Part shown: piece by piece, positions 1 through 13,172 of the stretch | Layout: each line of letters begins with the position of its first letter | How positions within the stretch are numbered: the first letter of the stretch is position 1 | From: Octopus vulgaris | Taxonomy: Eukaryota | Length of the DNA: 64,000 nt | Assembly: GCA_951406725.2 (NCBI GenBank) | Contig: OX597816.1 | Location: forward strand, 82,460,001 to 82,524,000 | Direction: 5' to 3' | Made by a program: the position numbers and the translations under genes | The notes under the pieces: generated by a model | What the model saw: only the letters and a program-made list of their open reading frames with translations | Database searches by the model: none | Told to the model about the DNA's origin: nothing

Positions 1-425
1 TAATACATTGTTCATAAGTTCTAATAACACTGATTTTCATACTTTTGAGGTCAGTAAAATAAGTACTAGTTGAGGATGGGGGGTCAATGTAATTGACTTT
101 CTCCTAGCCTAAAAATGCTGGCTATGTGTCAAAATTATTGTTATGAGCTGTGAAAATAGCAAAACATGCAACTACAGATGATGGAATAAAGTATATAAAA
201 CTGCCTAATTTTAACTCAATTTAAGCCATCATTCTATGCTTTACATTGAAAACTGATGTAGAGAATAAGTTTGAATTTTCTGTTTTACATTGAACAATAA
301 ACTACTTGTACACTACTTTATTCCCATTATTTTTTACTTCACCTACTGGCCAACCATCAGGAGTAGGGAGAACAGAATTATTTATTGTTCAATGTAAAAC
401 AGTGAAAATTACTATCTAAAATTTA

Positions 426-427
<2 letters not shown>

Positions 428-461
<34 letters not shown>
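428..461. repeat. (CT)n microsatellite
   Basis: Directly visible run. Confidence 0.95.
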
Positions 462-463
<2 letters not shown>

Positions 464-969
464 GGAGACAAACAACAGAAACACTTACAGGATTTAAATT
501 TACAATACTATCACCTTTATTATAAGTATGAAGTTGAAAATTTAATGCAAACTTATGGATAAGATTATCACAAACATGCCTTTCCTAGAAGGCATTAGAA
601 ACATATGTAAGATGAGACAGTTCAGTGAGTTTGCTAACTGAGAACTTACCTACTACTATTATGGAAGATATAGTTGGTTAATATCACAGACCACTGCTGT
701 TGTGACAACCAAATATTGCAGACTGTGTGCATCATGCTTCACTGATATTGCAGATCATATCAGTGTGTTTGGTTGACATCTCACTATTGCACTAATTTGC
801 AAGTAATATTTGAGTAAACCTATCAAATAAACAAAGCCATTATGCTGCAGTTAAGCCCTTTCATGAATCATTAAGTAATGCTTGCCAGAGGCACAGTGTC
901 AATACCAAAATGTGTTTACCTTGCAACCTCCCTCTCATCTTCCTATTTATTCAATACCATAAGAAGACA

Positions 970-971
<2 letters not shown>

Positions 972-1016
<45 letters not shown>
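972..1016. repeat. (CT)n microsatellite
   Basis: Directly visible run. Confidence 0.95.
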
Positions 1017-1019
<3 letters not shown>

Positions 1020-1544
1020 GAAGATTATGTCCAAATGCATTAGATTTTTCTTTCCTTGTGGAAAACCAATTTATTTCTCTTTTGAACTGTTTTTATTCAC
1101 CAATTGCTGACACAGAGCATCACTAGTTACCTTGGATCCTACTGTTTACTTAACTGACACTTTAGCTGTTAGCTCAACAAACTGCACTGCAACTCTATTA
1201 CTAATTCTATTTTATAACTGATGATTGATTTAGTATTTTAACTTCATATTCTGCCAACTAAACATTTTGGAGGAAAATTATATTTTCTTTTAAGATCACA
1301 GTTAAAAGATCTTTTCTTTAGACATTTATGTTTTTGAAAATATTTGGCCTCGCAGAAATTATAAAATGTTTGTTGAATTAAGCTGATTTATAATTGTTTA
1401 ATCTAGGGACTAAAGATTCATTATTTGTTTAACACACCTTAAAAGTAGTTGTTTTCTTAATGTTTTATACATGTGTCATACCAAATTCTGTATTTCAGAA
1501 TCTATTTGTCTATACATCCTTTACTGTCAAGCATCAGCCACTGT

Positions 1545-2013
1545 ATTCGCCATTGAGAATTCATGGAAGAAGTTTTGTGGGAATATGTGGATTTCACAAA
1601 CGGTCCCCAACAATCCCGCATGTAGAGACATCCTGTTTGCCGCAGACGCAGGGACAGAACGACTGAGGAGCCACCGGTTGCGAAACAGACACTCCAAGGA
1701 TTTTCACCAGAGCCCCGTCCGGTGGGTGAACTGAGCTGTGATGTCCTTCTCCCAAATCCACTTCCCAACTGGCGGAAATGCGTGGGCGGGCAGCTGAAGA
1801 CCTGGGTTACGACGATCAAGGAGGACCTCTCCATACTCACGGGACCGCAGGTGGTTGGCCTGCATTGATGGAACCGTGATTGGCTCGCTATCTCTAGTGA
1901 ACTGGCACAGGACCATCGTGCGTGGACTGCCATGGTTCGAGATGCCTCGAGGGTGGTAGAAGAAGCCGACTCAACCCGCCCAGGGTGAATGTCGCCACAA
2001 GTACAAGTAAGTA
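1545..2013 (+). mobile_element. Short RTE-clade non-LTR retrotransposon insertion (SR2-like 3' end) with 9-bp TSD
   Basis: TSD agccactgt at 1536-1544 and 2014-2022. Plus frame from 1716 gives RPVGELSCDVLLPNPLPNWRKCVGGQLKTWVTTIKEDLSILTGPQVVGLH*WNRDWLAISSELAQDHRAWTAMVRDASRVVEEADSTRPG*, followed by a caagta/agta repeat tail. GC- and CpG-rich relative to flanks. Confidence 0.85.
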
Positions 2014-2367
2014 AGCCACTGTGTGATAATGAAACCAGTAGGTACACATTAAATATAAACACCACTGATAAAATCTATTTGAAAAAAAAAATGAAAATAG
2101 AAACAGAGAAAATTGGTTGCCTGATAAAACTTATTGCAGACTTGCCCTTGACACACTAAATTAAGAAGAAAGATTTAGTAATAACTCAAAAAGCCATCAA
2201 GGTTTACTGGGACATTGCATTTTATTTGAAGCAGAAACACTGCACTTTCATCTTCTATTCTTGTTTTGATGGAGAATTTCATAAGTTTTGTGGGAATGGG
2301 GGAAGCAGGCTTCTAAAAGGAATTAAAACTTGTAGACAAACCTTTAATTCCTGAACAAATGGCTTAA

Positions 2368-2588
2368 CTTTTCTGAAACCAAACTGCCCAAGACCACTTT
2401 TGGTTTTATGATACAGACTTCCTATTTTAAAGTGATCTAAATTAAAACTTCCTATTGATATTTCATGGTAATTTATATGTTCCAAACATCAGTTTAATAA
2501 TGACAAAGTTATTTTATTACATTCATTATTTTCTAAATTAATTGAAAGAAAAATAGTGTATTTCAACAGAAATATGGTAACAAAAGAG
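2368..2588 (+). mobile_element. piggyBac-derived MITE (~220 bp)
   Basis: TTAA at 2364-2367 and 2589-2592. The right end aaatatggtaacaaaagag-TTAA resembles the right end of the piggyBac at 33479-34556. The internal sequence recurs at ~13.2 kb (reverse) and ~41.6 kb. Confidence 0.7.
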
Positions 2589-5500
2589 TTAATAAGTAAG
2601 ACAAGTTTATGAGGATATGGTTTTCAACATAATTACCCAACCGATTATAGCTATCAAAAATAACAGTCAAGCACTTAAAATTTTATCCAAGTACACCTCA
2701 CGATCTATTATTGGAATGCTATAATCAACCAAGGCATACTGGCAAGCAGAACAGGCAGTTAAAATATTCAGAGATACCAAAACATGTCACTTTGGTATTT
2801 TCAGTCAATTATAACCAGTAACTGATGATTCATTTTCACTCTTGCCTCCATACTTGGTTTTACCTCATTCTTTGAAGTTAACATTTAAGGCATATAATGG
2901 GCTATAACAATTTATATTTTAGACCAGTACACTGAGTTTGCATTTATTTATATACAATATATCTAGGAATAAAAATTCTCAAGATAAACTTAATATCTTT
3001 TAAAAATATTCTTTGATTTTTTAAAGATATTTTTACCCAGTGAATTTTTTTTTTTCAGCAAACGTATTAGACAAATATGAAATTTGATTTTAATATAAAA
3101 AATATTTATAGTCCCTATTATTTACAACGTGACTAATAATTATATAAAATACTTCAATCTGATAGATTTCTATAATCATTTTTAACTTAAAAATCATAAA
3201 ATGAAAAGAAAATTATATTTGTAACTCATTACGATAAATAAATAAATAAATAAGACATTTGTGGAAAGAAACAGTAATAAATCCACTAGGTGAGTTAGTA
3301 AGTTGCTTTCATCAGATTACTGTAGTGTGCTGCAGAAAGTTCAGAAAATCTAAAGATAGATATTTATATTCCATCCAAACTACTCAATCTATACACAGAC
3401 TTAAAGGATACATATGACATTGAGAATGTGAAGGGCAACAAAATCAGAAAGGATCTTCTTATGACAAATTGAGACAAAATTTTACTGACTTACAGAAAAT
3501 ATCTATTGCTATTTAAAAAAGAAAAGTCTAAGTATTGTAGTTAACAAATATTTTTTAATAGTGCTCAATTTAAAATTTATAACCTGTCTTTCATAACTAA
3601 TCAATATTAAACCTTCTAAAAACTATTTAGAATAAAATATTTTACAAGTATATTCTCATCATACCATCCTATAAAATATCTACTTTATATACCATGTTTA
3701 TACATAGCAAGTAGTAAACCATCTTAGGATTTTTCCAACTAGTAAGCTATTACTGCAAAGGCTAGTTCTCCAGCAGTTACCAACAGAAAAGCTAGTAATG
3801 TTTCCCTATTTATTTAGTTATCTACAGCATGACACCTACATAGTACTGGCACGTGTATTCAAATTTTCTCAAAAGATAAAATTCTCTTAAGTATTCTTCA
3901 TTTCTCTTTTTAAACTATTTTCTGGGAATGGCTTTCCCATCATATCACAATTTAACCTTGATAGAATATTTTTATTTTCTTTAAAAATAACTACTTTTCA
4001 TCATTGATAAAGAGAAAAGAACCAAAATTATACGATATTAAAAAGTTAGGCTAGTAAATGTTATAAACCAAAAGAAGCCGACCAGCAAAAAATCAAATTT
4101 AGTATGTCTGAGATGTTAGTGAACATTCAGTGCAAGGTTTACTTTAGGTTATTTAAAGTGGCATAAATGTTCATTACCACCACCATTTTAGCATTTGTTT
4201 TATTAAGACAATAGCCACTTATCTTCATCCTTCAACTACCTGTAATGACCAACATTCTGAGATGTGAGCTTTTCAATTTCTCCAGTAAATACCTTCCACA
4301 TAAGCAAGCACACCACACCTTAATCCAATACTTATTGAGCAATTACCTCACACATGTTTCTGCCCTCATTCTTGATCTTTCTCTCTCTCTCTCTGGCCGG
4401 GTAACCATGTACCTCTTCTAAAACAAGACCCCCGTTTCTATCTTCTTACTAAAGAAACATTTTAATCATTAATTTGTAGTACTTGGAAACAGGAGACATT
4501 CACAATAATAGCAATCTGTCTAATATAGAGTCGACAAGTTTCAGACACAGCAGTCAAGAAACACAAGCTGTACAAAATACAGTTCATCATGTGGTCAAGA
4601 TCACCACAGATTGGGAGCTGAAGATCATTTACATCATGAGGTATAAAGGCTAAAAGTATAACCACACTAACATTAGCACAACAATGCCCACTCATATGCC
4701 ACAAGAGAAAATAGTAACCTTTAAATCCAAGCTACAATTAAATAAAGAATTAACACTATTCACAAGATTCAACAAAGATTCAGGCCATTTAGAATTCTGT
4801 CAACACTGGAGAACCAAGAACTGGTAATGAAAAAAACTTTTGCTGTTTAGTGGTTGATATGATTTGAAAGCTATGAGGCAGCTATCCATCAGCAGACCAG
4901 ATCATGATAAATATGGAAGAAGAATGCCTACCACAGAAAACAAGATGCATACTGGCACAATTGTGCTTTTGTTTTTGGTCCTTACTTTAAAAACTAACAT
5001 AGTTGAAGTGATCCAGAAATTGTTAACATAAGTTTAGATTGCAATGGCATTTCATATGATATCCACTATCTCTTCCACTGTACAAACTAATCCTATTCAT
5101 CTAAATATGCTGGACCAATGAAACAACCCCAGTTAAGCAGCAGAAAAACTTCAATTTGAATGACAACATTTGGTTCAAGGAAGATTCTATCTGAACAGTT
5201 CACAGACTTCATTTTTTAGTGTCACTACTGCTAACTACTCATACATCTGTTGTATTTATTAATACCCAAGAGTTCTCACTCTAACTATACATAGTCATAA
5301 ACAGCCTCGTGCACACAATAACTTCCTACCTACTCCCTTCTTATATATTAAGCCAGGTTCCTTCCTATATAGCAAAAAAAAATCTTCTAAATTTGGAACC
5401 TTATCTCTGCAGCTTTTGAAGAGATTTTGTAATGAGAACCACATGATCAATATAAAAGTTTCCAAAGACATTTACCTAATCCTGAATCCCTGTAGTATTA

Positions 5501-6872
5501 CCTAAAGAACTAGAATTAGACTAAGAACAGAGTCCTGATAAACATCACACACACATAATAAATTCTTCAATGAATTTACAGCCAATCCTGACAGAGCTTG
5601 TCATTAATTCTTGAAGTTGCCTACATAAGGCCTCAAAACTTTTTATTTCTTTTAATATAGTCTAAGAAAGACTAGAAAGGAGGAGGGAATCAAATCTGAA
5701 AATGCAGATTCTCACAGAATATACGAAATGGAACTAAAACACTGCATTATACACCCACTCAATGCAGCATGGCTAAACAAGATGAGGATAAATAATCTGG
5801 TAATATCTTTTTTTTATTCACATACACAAAGAGTAGTAGTCGGAGTGGCAGCAATATAAAAATGGGAAAATAAAATTATACCAAAATAGAAAACAGTATA
5901 CAAACAAATATTAATAGTTGATTAATACTTATTGACTCTGGAAAGATGAAAAGCAAATTAAACCTCAGCGAAATATGAATACAGAACATTAAATATTAAT
6001 AAGGTATTTTGTTTGGTGCTTTACAAGGTCTGGAAATCCATCACTTCAATGTAAATCCATCACAAGAAAAGAAACTGCTGTTTTAATGATAAAGAGAATA
6101 GAAAACAAAGAAGTATTGAAGTCACAAAGATGAAAATGAGATGGATTTCTCTGAAAATAATTTTATAACATAATTTGAGCCTCAAATCTTGTCAGATGAT
6201 ATCCCTAATTATTCCTAATTCATATCCAACTGTCTTTAAAAAAACAGCACATAAATAAAATAGACCTAGATATAATATGTAAAATTTAAAAGGAAGTAAA
6301 AAAGAAAATGGTTACCAATGGATTACCTTTGACCATGTGTCTCATTTCCATGAAAAGCAACCTCTCTATGCTAAATACCAACCTACTACCCTCCTCATTT
6401 ATCTCAAAGAGAATAAAATATAAACAAACACTCAAGTGAATCAGTTCTATTAGAGATGTCTACTTTCCTATGTCATGCACCAATAGTCTCTTTCTTGATA
6501 ATCATGGCAAAACAAATACTGTTGCTCTTGACATCAATGTAATTTTTTTTCTACTTTGCCTGACTTGAGAAATGCCTTGTAATGTTACCCACTTAGTGTC
6601 AATCAATCTTAAATAATGAAAGAATTTCAACTTGGTTACTCAGTCTATTAGCAACAATAGCCAAATCCCCGTCAATCTTAAAAAAGAGCATGTTGGATAA
6701 TGTGGTTCTGGATTTCTTGCACATAGTTAAATGATGAAGTGGTCACAGCTGGAATGCCTTTGATCATTGGCCTACTTGATAAGGATTGATCAAGGTTAAA
6801 CAAAAAGAACTATCTCAGATTGGAAAAATCCCTGATAGACTGTGCCAGCAAAGCAGATTCCCCCTACCCCAG

Positions 6873-7180
6873 TGTTGTGAGAATGCAATGAACAGTGTGC
6901 ATGCATGTTTATGTTGTTTGTGTATAAATGTTTATACGAAAATATACATGCTGTTCATCTATGTATTTTTTAGATGTAACTATTTTGGCTAGCTTTTCAT
7001 TACCAAACTGCATCATGTTGTTGCCGTCAACTCATTCTCAATTCACTGGTGAAAATTATTATTTGTCTACCGTATTTGTCAAAGAAGTTGAATAAAGCCT
7101 CATTTCCAATACAGCAATTCTGTTCTCCTTACAAATGCACGTCAGTCTGAAATTGTCTGTTCTGTATTCTGGTATTTACA
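6873..7180 (+). repeat. 5' LTR of the Gypsy element
   Basis: Aligns with 10140-10442 at roughly 90-93% identity by eye and contains AATAAA. Its extreme 3' end and primer-binding site appear deleted. Confidence 0.92.
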
Positions 7181-7207
7181 TTTTAATTTATTCAACTTCT
7201 TTCAAAC

Positions 7208-9830
7208 ATGGATCGATTTCTATGTCCAGAATGATTTGATGCAGATCCTAATTCGATAAATGCAGCTAAACATTGGAATCACTGGCACAGGATCTTTATC
7301 AACTTTTTTAATACTTTAGAACAGCATCAACCAGATAAACTGAATACACTTATCAACTATATTCCTCCATCTGTGTACGAATATGTAGCTGATTGCTTTT
7401 CATATGACGATGCTATAGAAATATTACAGAATCTCTACATGAAGCCCAGGAATGAAATTTTTGCAAGACATCTACTAGATACACAGTCAAAGTCTCGATG
7501 AATTTTTGCAAAGGCTCAAATCATTAGCCAAGGATTGTAATTTTCAATCAGTTTCCACTGAGAAGTATAGAGAAGAATCTATCCAAGACGCTTTCATCAT
7601 CAGATTGCAATCTAATGATATTCGACAAAGGCTTCTCGAAAACAAAATACTTGATCTTCATTCAAACAGCTTATGATGAAGCCAGATCACTTGAAATGGC
7701 CTGTACCTACTCAAAATCTTACCATTTATCACTTCAATGAGTCTACAATTGTGCAACATCGGATAATCTAACCACGGATGTGGACGAAACTATGGTAGCT
7801 GCCATGAACAGTAACAGTAAATGCTATTTTTGCGGGAATAACCATCATCCTTGCTACAAGTGTCCTACTAAGGAGGCCACATGTAAAAACTGTAACAAGA
7901 GAGGTAATTTCTTCAAAGTATGCCAGTCAAAAAACAAACATGTTACTTCTTCATTGTGTTCTGGACAGAATCTCGCAGCCACCTCCTCTGCACTTTAGCT
8001 TACATTTCTATTATCTGCTTCTGCTCCACGGTGTCTGACTAATACTGTCATCAAAATAGATATCATTGGAGTAACACTTTCAGCTCTAATTGATACCGGA
8101 AGTTCTGAGAACTATATCAACTCAAATGACGTTCATCATAACAAGTGGCTGGTTTTCAGATCAACGAAAGTAATAAACATGGCCACAACTAATCTATCAA
8201 AATCTACAGGTCATTGCAAGGTTATGATGAACTTGGGAAGAAAACATTATAGCAGTGTGCACCTGTCACTACTATCGGACCTGTGTGCAGATGTCTTGTT
8301 GGGCCATGCTTTTCTTAAGCAACACGAAAGAGTCCATATCTCATTTCCAGGTAAAAGACCCCTTTTGTCACTTTGTGGCCTCACTCCTGTAAGTATAGAA
8401 GCACCACTCTTGTTCTCAACCCTTGCAAACAGACTGTAAGCCAATTGCAACTAAGTCTCATCATTATACAAAAATGGATGAACAATTTATAAGTCAAGAA
8501 ATTCAAAAGCTTTTGGAAGATGGCATCACAGAGCCCTCAAATTCACCATGGCAAGCCCAAGTTCTCATTACCACTAACGAGCATCATAAAGAGACACCTA
8601 TCTCCAGCCGAGAATTGGGAAAATAATTGAAGATATCACAACCGACGAAATCTACAGCACTCTCGATCTTCAAAGTGGTACCATCAAATCCCAATCAAGG
8701 AACATGAGAAAATGTATACAGCATTCGAAGCTTGTGGCCAGTTATACCAGATTTGTTGTATACCCTTTGGAGTAACCAAAGGAGTTGCATGTTTTCAAAG
8801 AGTAATGGATTCAATCATTAGAGAAGAGAAGCTCACAGGAACCTATGCATACATAGACAAAATACAAAGGTGGAAGATAGAGCTCTCCTGTTTTAGCTAT
8901 GAAACTGTTTACCGACCTGGGACAGAAAACAAGGGACCCAACTATTTGTCTCATGCTTATTGCACAGCATCATTATTGGTAGATCTGAAAAGGTTACATG
9001 AAACATTAAGTCATTCAGGTGTTATGAGAATGTTTCATTTTGTCAATTCAAAAAGGCTCCTGTTTTCAATGGAAGATGTTAAGACGAAGCCATCTAACTG
9101 TAAAAACCAGCATTTTTCAAGCCTCCCCATTATCATCTGATCAAGGCTACTCAACAATTTGAGAGACTCAGTCTGGATTTCAAGGGTCCTCTACCATCAG
9201 CACACTTAACAAATACCTGCTAACTATTGTTGACGAATATTCAAGTTTCCTGTTTCCATTTGCCTGTACTGATACTTCTGCCTCTACCATCATTTGTTGC
9301 CTCTCTCAACTGTTTGCTATTTTTGGAATGCTATCATACACCCACAGTGATAGAGGACTTGCATTTATGACAGAGGAATTGAGATCTTTCCTACTAAGGA
9401 GCAGCAACAAGTCACACAACTCCATACAATTTTCATTGCAATGGTCAGGTGGAGAGACTGAATGGTACGCTTTGGAAAGCCATTACTCTATCACTCAAAT
9501 CCCATGCTTTGCCAATCAGTCATTGGGAGCAAGTACTTACAGACGCTCAGCACTATCAGATCGCTGCTCTGCACAGCTACAAATGAAACTCCACACAAAC
9601 GCCTATTTTCCTACCACTGCAAATCTACAATGGGAACAACACTGCCCAACTGGCTTCTGATTCCCGGGCCTGTGTACTTGAAAAGGAATGTCAGATCATC
9701 CAAGTATGACTCTCTGGTTGAAGTAGAACTTTTAAACTGTAACCCTCAATATGCACGTGTACATTTATCTGATGGACGGGAAACAAGTGTGTCACTGAGA
9801 CAGCTGGCTCCAATCCCCGAGGCTTTACCA
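7208..9830 (+). pseudogene. Disrupted gag-pol of the Gypsy element
   Basis: Gag MDRFLCPE*FDADPNS...WNHWHRIF; Cys/His knuckles CYFCGNNHHPCYKC and CKNCNKRGNFFKVC; protease LIDTGSSEN (~8085-8112); RT YTAFEACGQLYQ..IPFGV..GVACFQRVMD..YAYID; RNase H tail IQRWKIEL..YRPG; integrase FERLSLDFKGP, VDEYS, HSDRG, NGQVERLNG. Multiple stops and frameshifts. Confidence 0.93.
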
Positions 9831-10139
9831 ATCAACAAAACCATGAAGAGATTGTGCTATCAGACGAAACTCCTAACACACGTACTTTGAAACTACAAAA
9901 TCACCTGAAAGTAATGAGGTAAACATTGAATATACTTCCCAAGATACTCCAGAGACTGATAATATTAATCAATGTGTTGAGCAGCAGGAACAACAGACAC
10001 CTCATGAACAGCATGTTCGGAAAAGAGAATCTATCAGTTACTTCAGAACCAGACTGTATAATCTATGCAGTAGAAAAGTTTGAAACATTCTGTGCCTATC
10101 CATTCAACCCCCAGACTTCTGCTTTCTAGTGGGGGAGAA

Positions 10140-10449
10140 TGTTGTGAGAATGCAATGAACTGTGTGCATGCATGTTTATGTTGTTTGTGTATAAATGATT
10201 ATACGAAAATATACATGCTGTTCATCTATGTATTTTTATGCGTAACTATTTTGGCTAGCTTTTCATTACCAAACTGCATCATGTCGCTGTCCTTAACTCA
10301 TTCTCAACTTGCTGATGAAAATTATTATTTGTCTACCGTATCTGTCGAAGAAGTTGAATAAAGCCTTATTTCCAATACGGCTATTCTGTTCTTACAAACG
10401 CTCTTCAGTCTGAAATTGTCCGTTCTGTATTCTGGTATTTACCTTTCAA
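10140..10449 (+). repeat. 3' LTR of the Gypsy element
   Basis: Direct repeat of 6873-7180, immediately preceded by the polypurine tract. Confidence 0.92.
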
Positions 10450-10719
10450 CCAGGACGTTTTACCAAATCTGGTCTGTCTCAAAATTGACTTATGTCTCCC
10501 TCACTTTGTTCCAATCATTAACATCACCCTTCATATCATTCTACCTTAAACTTTAACACATGGGTTTCATCTATATGCAGACTTGCACTATTATGTAACA
10601 TAGTGTAAGGAGGATGGAACAAGGAGGAAGGCATGGAGTGAGTTGGCAAGGGATTCTTTGCCACCCAGCCAGCATTATCTTTTCTCTTTGTTTTGGATGC
10701 AATCTACAATGTTTGTATA

Positions 10720-11060
10720 ACAGTTGCACTATCTCAAACATATACAATACTCCAAAATGGTCAACACTTAGGTTTTTACTACTGCAAATCAACAATTGTT
10801 CAGGCTTGGAGTAATTTCAAACTTTAAAGAAGAAGCCCAGCTTTTTGGATGCAGTTTTAGTTTTGTAGATATGTGGTTGTTATGAAAGATCAAGAGACTG
10901 TATGACCTAACATTTGTTGCAAGTTTGAAGAGTTAATTTTGTGCTTGACTGTTTCCTTGATGTATGTTGTGTACTATGGTGCAAATGTTATGATCCTGTT
11001 GAAGAATGTTTTCAAGATCTTCATTCCTAATAGTACAAGACTGATTTTAAATATGAAGAT
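10720..11060 (-). mobile_element. Highly degenerate CR1/Jockey-group LINE fragment
   Basis: Frameshifted minus-strand translation gives LGMKI..., HIST..KTASKKLGFFFKV*NYSKPEQLL, resembling the post-RT motif 'HI..IAKTASKKLGFLFR.R.YF.PEQLL.LY'. Boundaries approximate. Confidence 0.5.
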
Positions 11061-13172
11061 TGCTTTCAGATGAAACCCAGATGTGAAGTTTAAGGTGGAA
11101 TTGTGCGAAGGATGATGTTAATAGTGTGTAGGAGACATAAGTGAATTTTGAGGTACACTAGATATGGTAGCATGTTGCAGAGTACCCCTATAAAATACTC
11201 AACCATCATCACAAAAACGGCTTTGATGGGAGCAATCACCCAAGGATTTTTCTAATCCATGAAATAGTTGATTTGGCTTAACCCCGATCAAGCCAACTGA
11301 TGATCTGAAGCATTCCAGCTGAGACCACTCCATCATTTTCCTATGCACAAAAAGATCCAAGGAGACATTACCCAACATTCCTAATTTTATTGCTTCAATA
11401 CCACAATCAACTAAATACACTCAATGTATTCAATTCTCATGTCCACTATATTTCACTTCAACAAATTACACCTAATACTTTAACATCAGAATTGTAATTC
11501 TGAAAATCCCTTCTTGCCCACATTTTCCCCACAGATATTGACATGCAGAGGTTTGAGTTGAACATCAACTGTATCAACAGCATAAGTCTGAGTAGGACTT
11601 CTCTTTGCTTAAATAAATATTTTGGTCCATCTGCATTGTTTGCCAATTGTTGAGTATTGTTCTTGAAATGTTTCTAAACAGAATTGAAAAATTGTTAAAT
11701 GCTTAACAAATTTGATCATTAGGATCAAGAGGTTTCCTGTATATTTAATGCAAGACAGCACAGTGCAACTGAATCAAGAAGTTAGCTTGTTGAAAGTCTT
11801 AACATAGCTGCCACTGATTTTCCAGTTGCTTAGCAACAATAAAAGGAAAATGTAAATAATTAGATTTGTGCAAGAAGGAATATTCTGTAATTACATCACA
11901 GAAATGTTAATGCTATGTAAACAAAATACAGTGATCAATTAGATAATTACAGCATAATCTTAATACTTTTTTTTAAAAATATTTTATATTCCCTTTTTCA
12001 ACATATCTCAGTCTGTTTCCCTTACATTTTAAACTTCAAATATGAAAACTCATTTTTGTTTTTTATCTAGAAATACTTAAAATATCAGCAACTTCAATTG
12101 CAAACCTATATAAATGCTTAGATCTTAAAAAGAAATGCAAATTATCATTACTGAAGGATTAAATAAAACTAACTTAGCTTTGTTGGCTATATAAATATAC
12201 AAGCAGTACATTTCTTATATTTATTTGCAGACAATTCTATAAATAAAATAAAATGACAAGTGTGAGTTGATTTTCATACAAATCAAGATTTGTAGGAAAA
12301 CATTTAATTTATTGGACTTTTCTCAATGAAGGTAAAAAGATTCAGATTTATAAAAAGCTAAATCTGGAATGATTATAAATAATGTTTATTGCTCACATGA
12401 AAAACAAATTGGATTGAATTTATTCTTTATGGTTAAAGTCATATCTCTTTTTTTTTTTTTTTTTTCTTTATATCAGTTGACAATTCACAACTACAGATTG
12501 TTGTAGATCATTATTAAAGAGGTAGCTTTTGGTGTGCACAGTTCCAGATTGGAGGCACAAGAAAAAACAAACAGCACTTCCAGTGAGTGATAAAACATGT
12601 TTAGAGAATCAAGAAATCTACTGTTATCTTAGTTTTTGTATTTGCCAAACAAAAATCAATTTTGTTCAGTATTTCTTTTAGTTTCTATCCACATATATGA
12701 GTGACTGCTTCCACATAAATGTGTGTATGGTGCACATATGTATTCCACATTGTGTATATCTGTGTGGAATGTGAGGAATTATTGAGAAGAATATAAGGAA
12801 TGCTATCAATGAGTAGATATAATAAAAATGAACACAGTTAATGCGTAAACTGAGAGTGAGGTTGCAGTCAGGAATTGATTTTTAAGGCATGAACTTTTAT
12901 TTCTATGTTGTACTACCTTACCTTCCATTTTGTTGTATCTTACTCACCCCTAACATGTCAGAAATGCATTCAAAAAGATTCAAAAGGCTAGAGTTGGAGG
13001 ACAGATTAACAATTTATCATGAGCAAGAAATAGTCATTTAGAACTAGTCTTAGCTAAAAAGAAGCCAGAGAAACCTTGAGAAAAGCAAGGAAAAAATGTT
13101 TTCAAATACTTGGAACAAGCCAAATCTAATTTTAGATTTCATGAACATTGTTCAAGAAGGGTCATTTTTTAA

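Larger units (their letters stand above)
6873..10449 (+). mobile_element. Gypsy/Ty3 LTR retrotransposon, decayed and internally deleted
   Basis: Two ~310-bp direct repeats starting TGTTG; polypurine tract agtgggggagaa at 10128-10139; ccag on both flanks (6869-6872, 10450-10453); gag-PR-RT-RH-IN domain order. Confidence 0.95.

Noticed and set aside
1502-2065. 187-aa minus-strand ORF
   Set aside because: Antisense shadow of the GC-rich RTE insertion; the recognisable protein motifs are on the plus strand.
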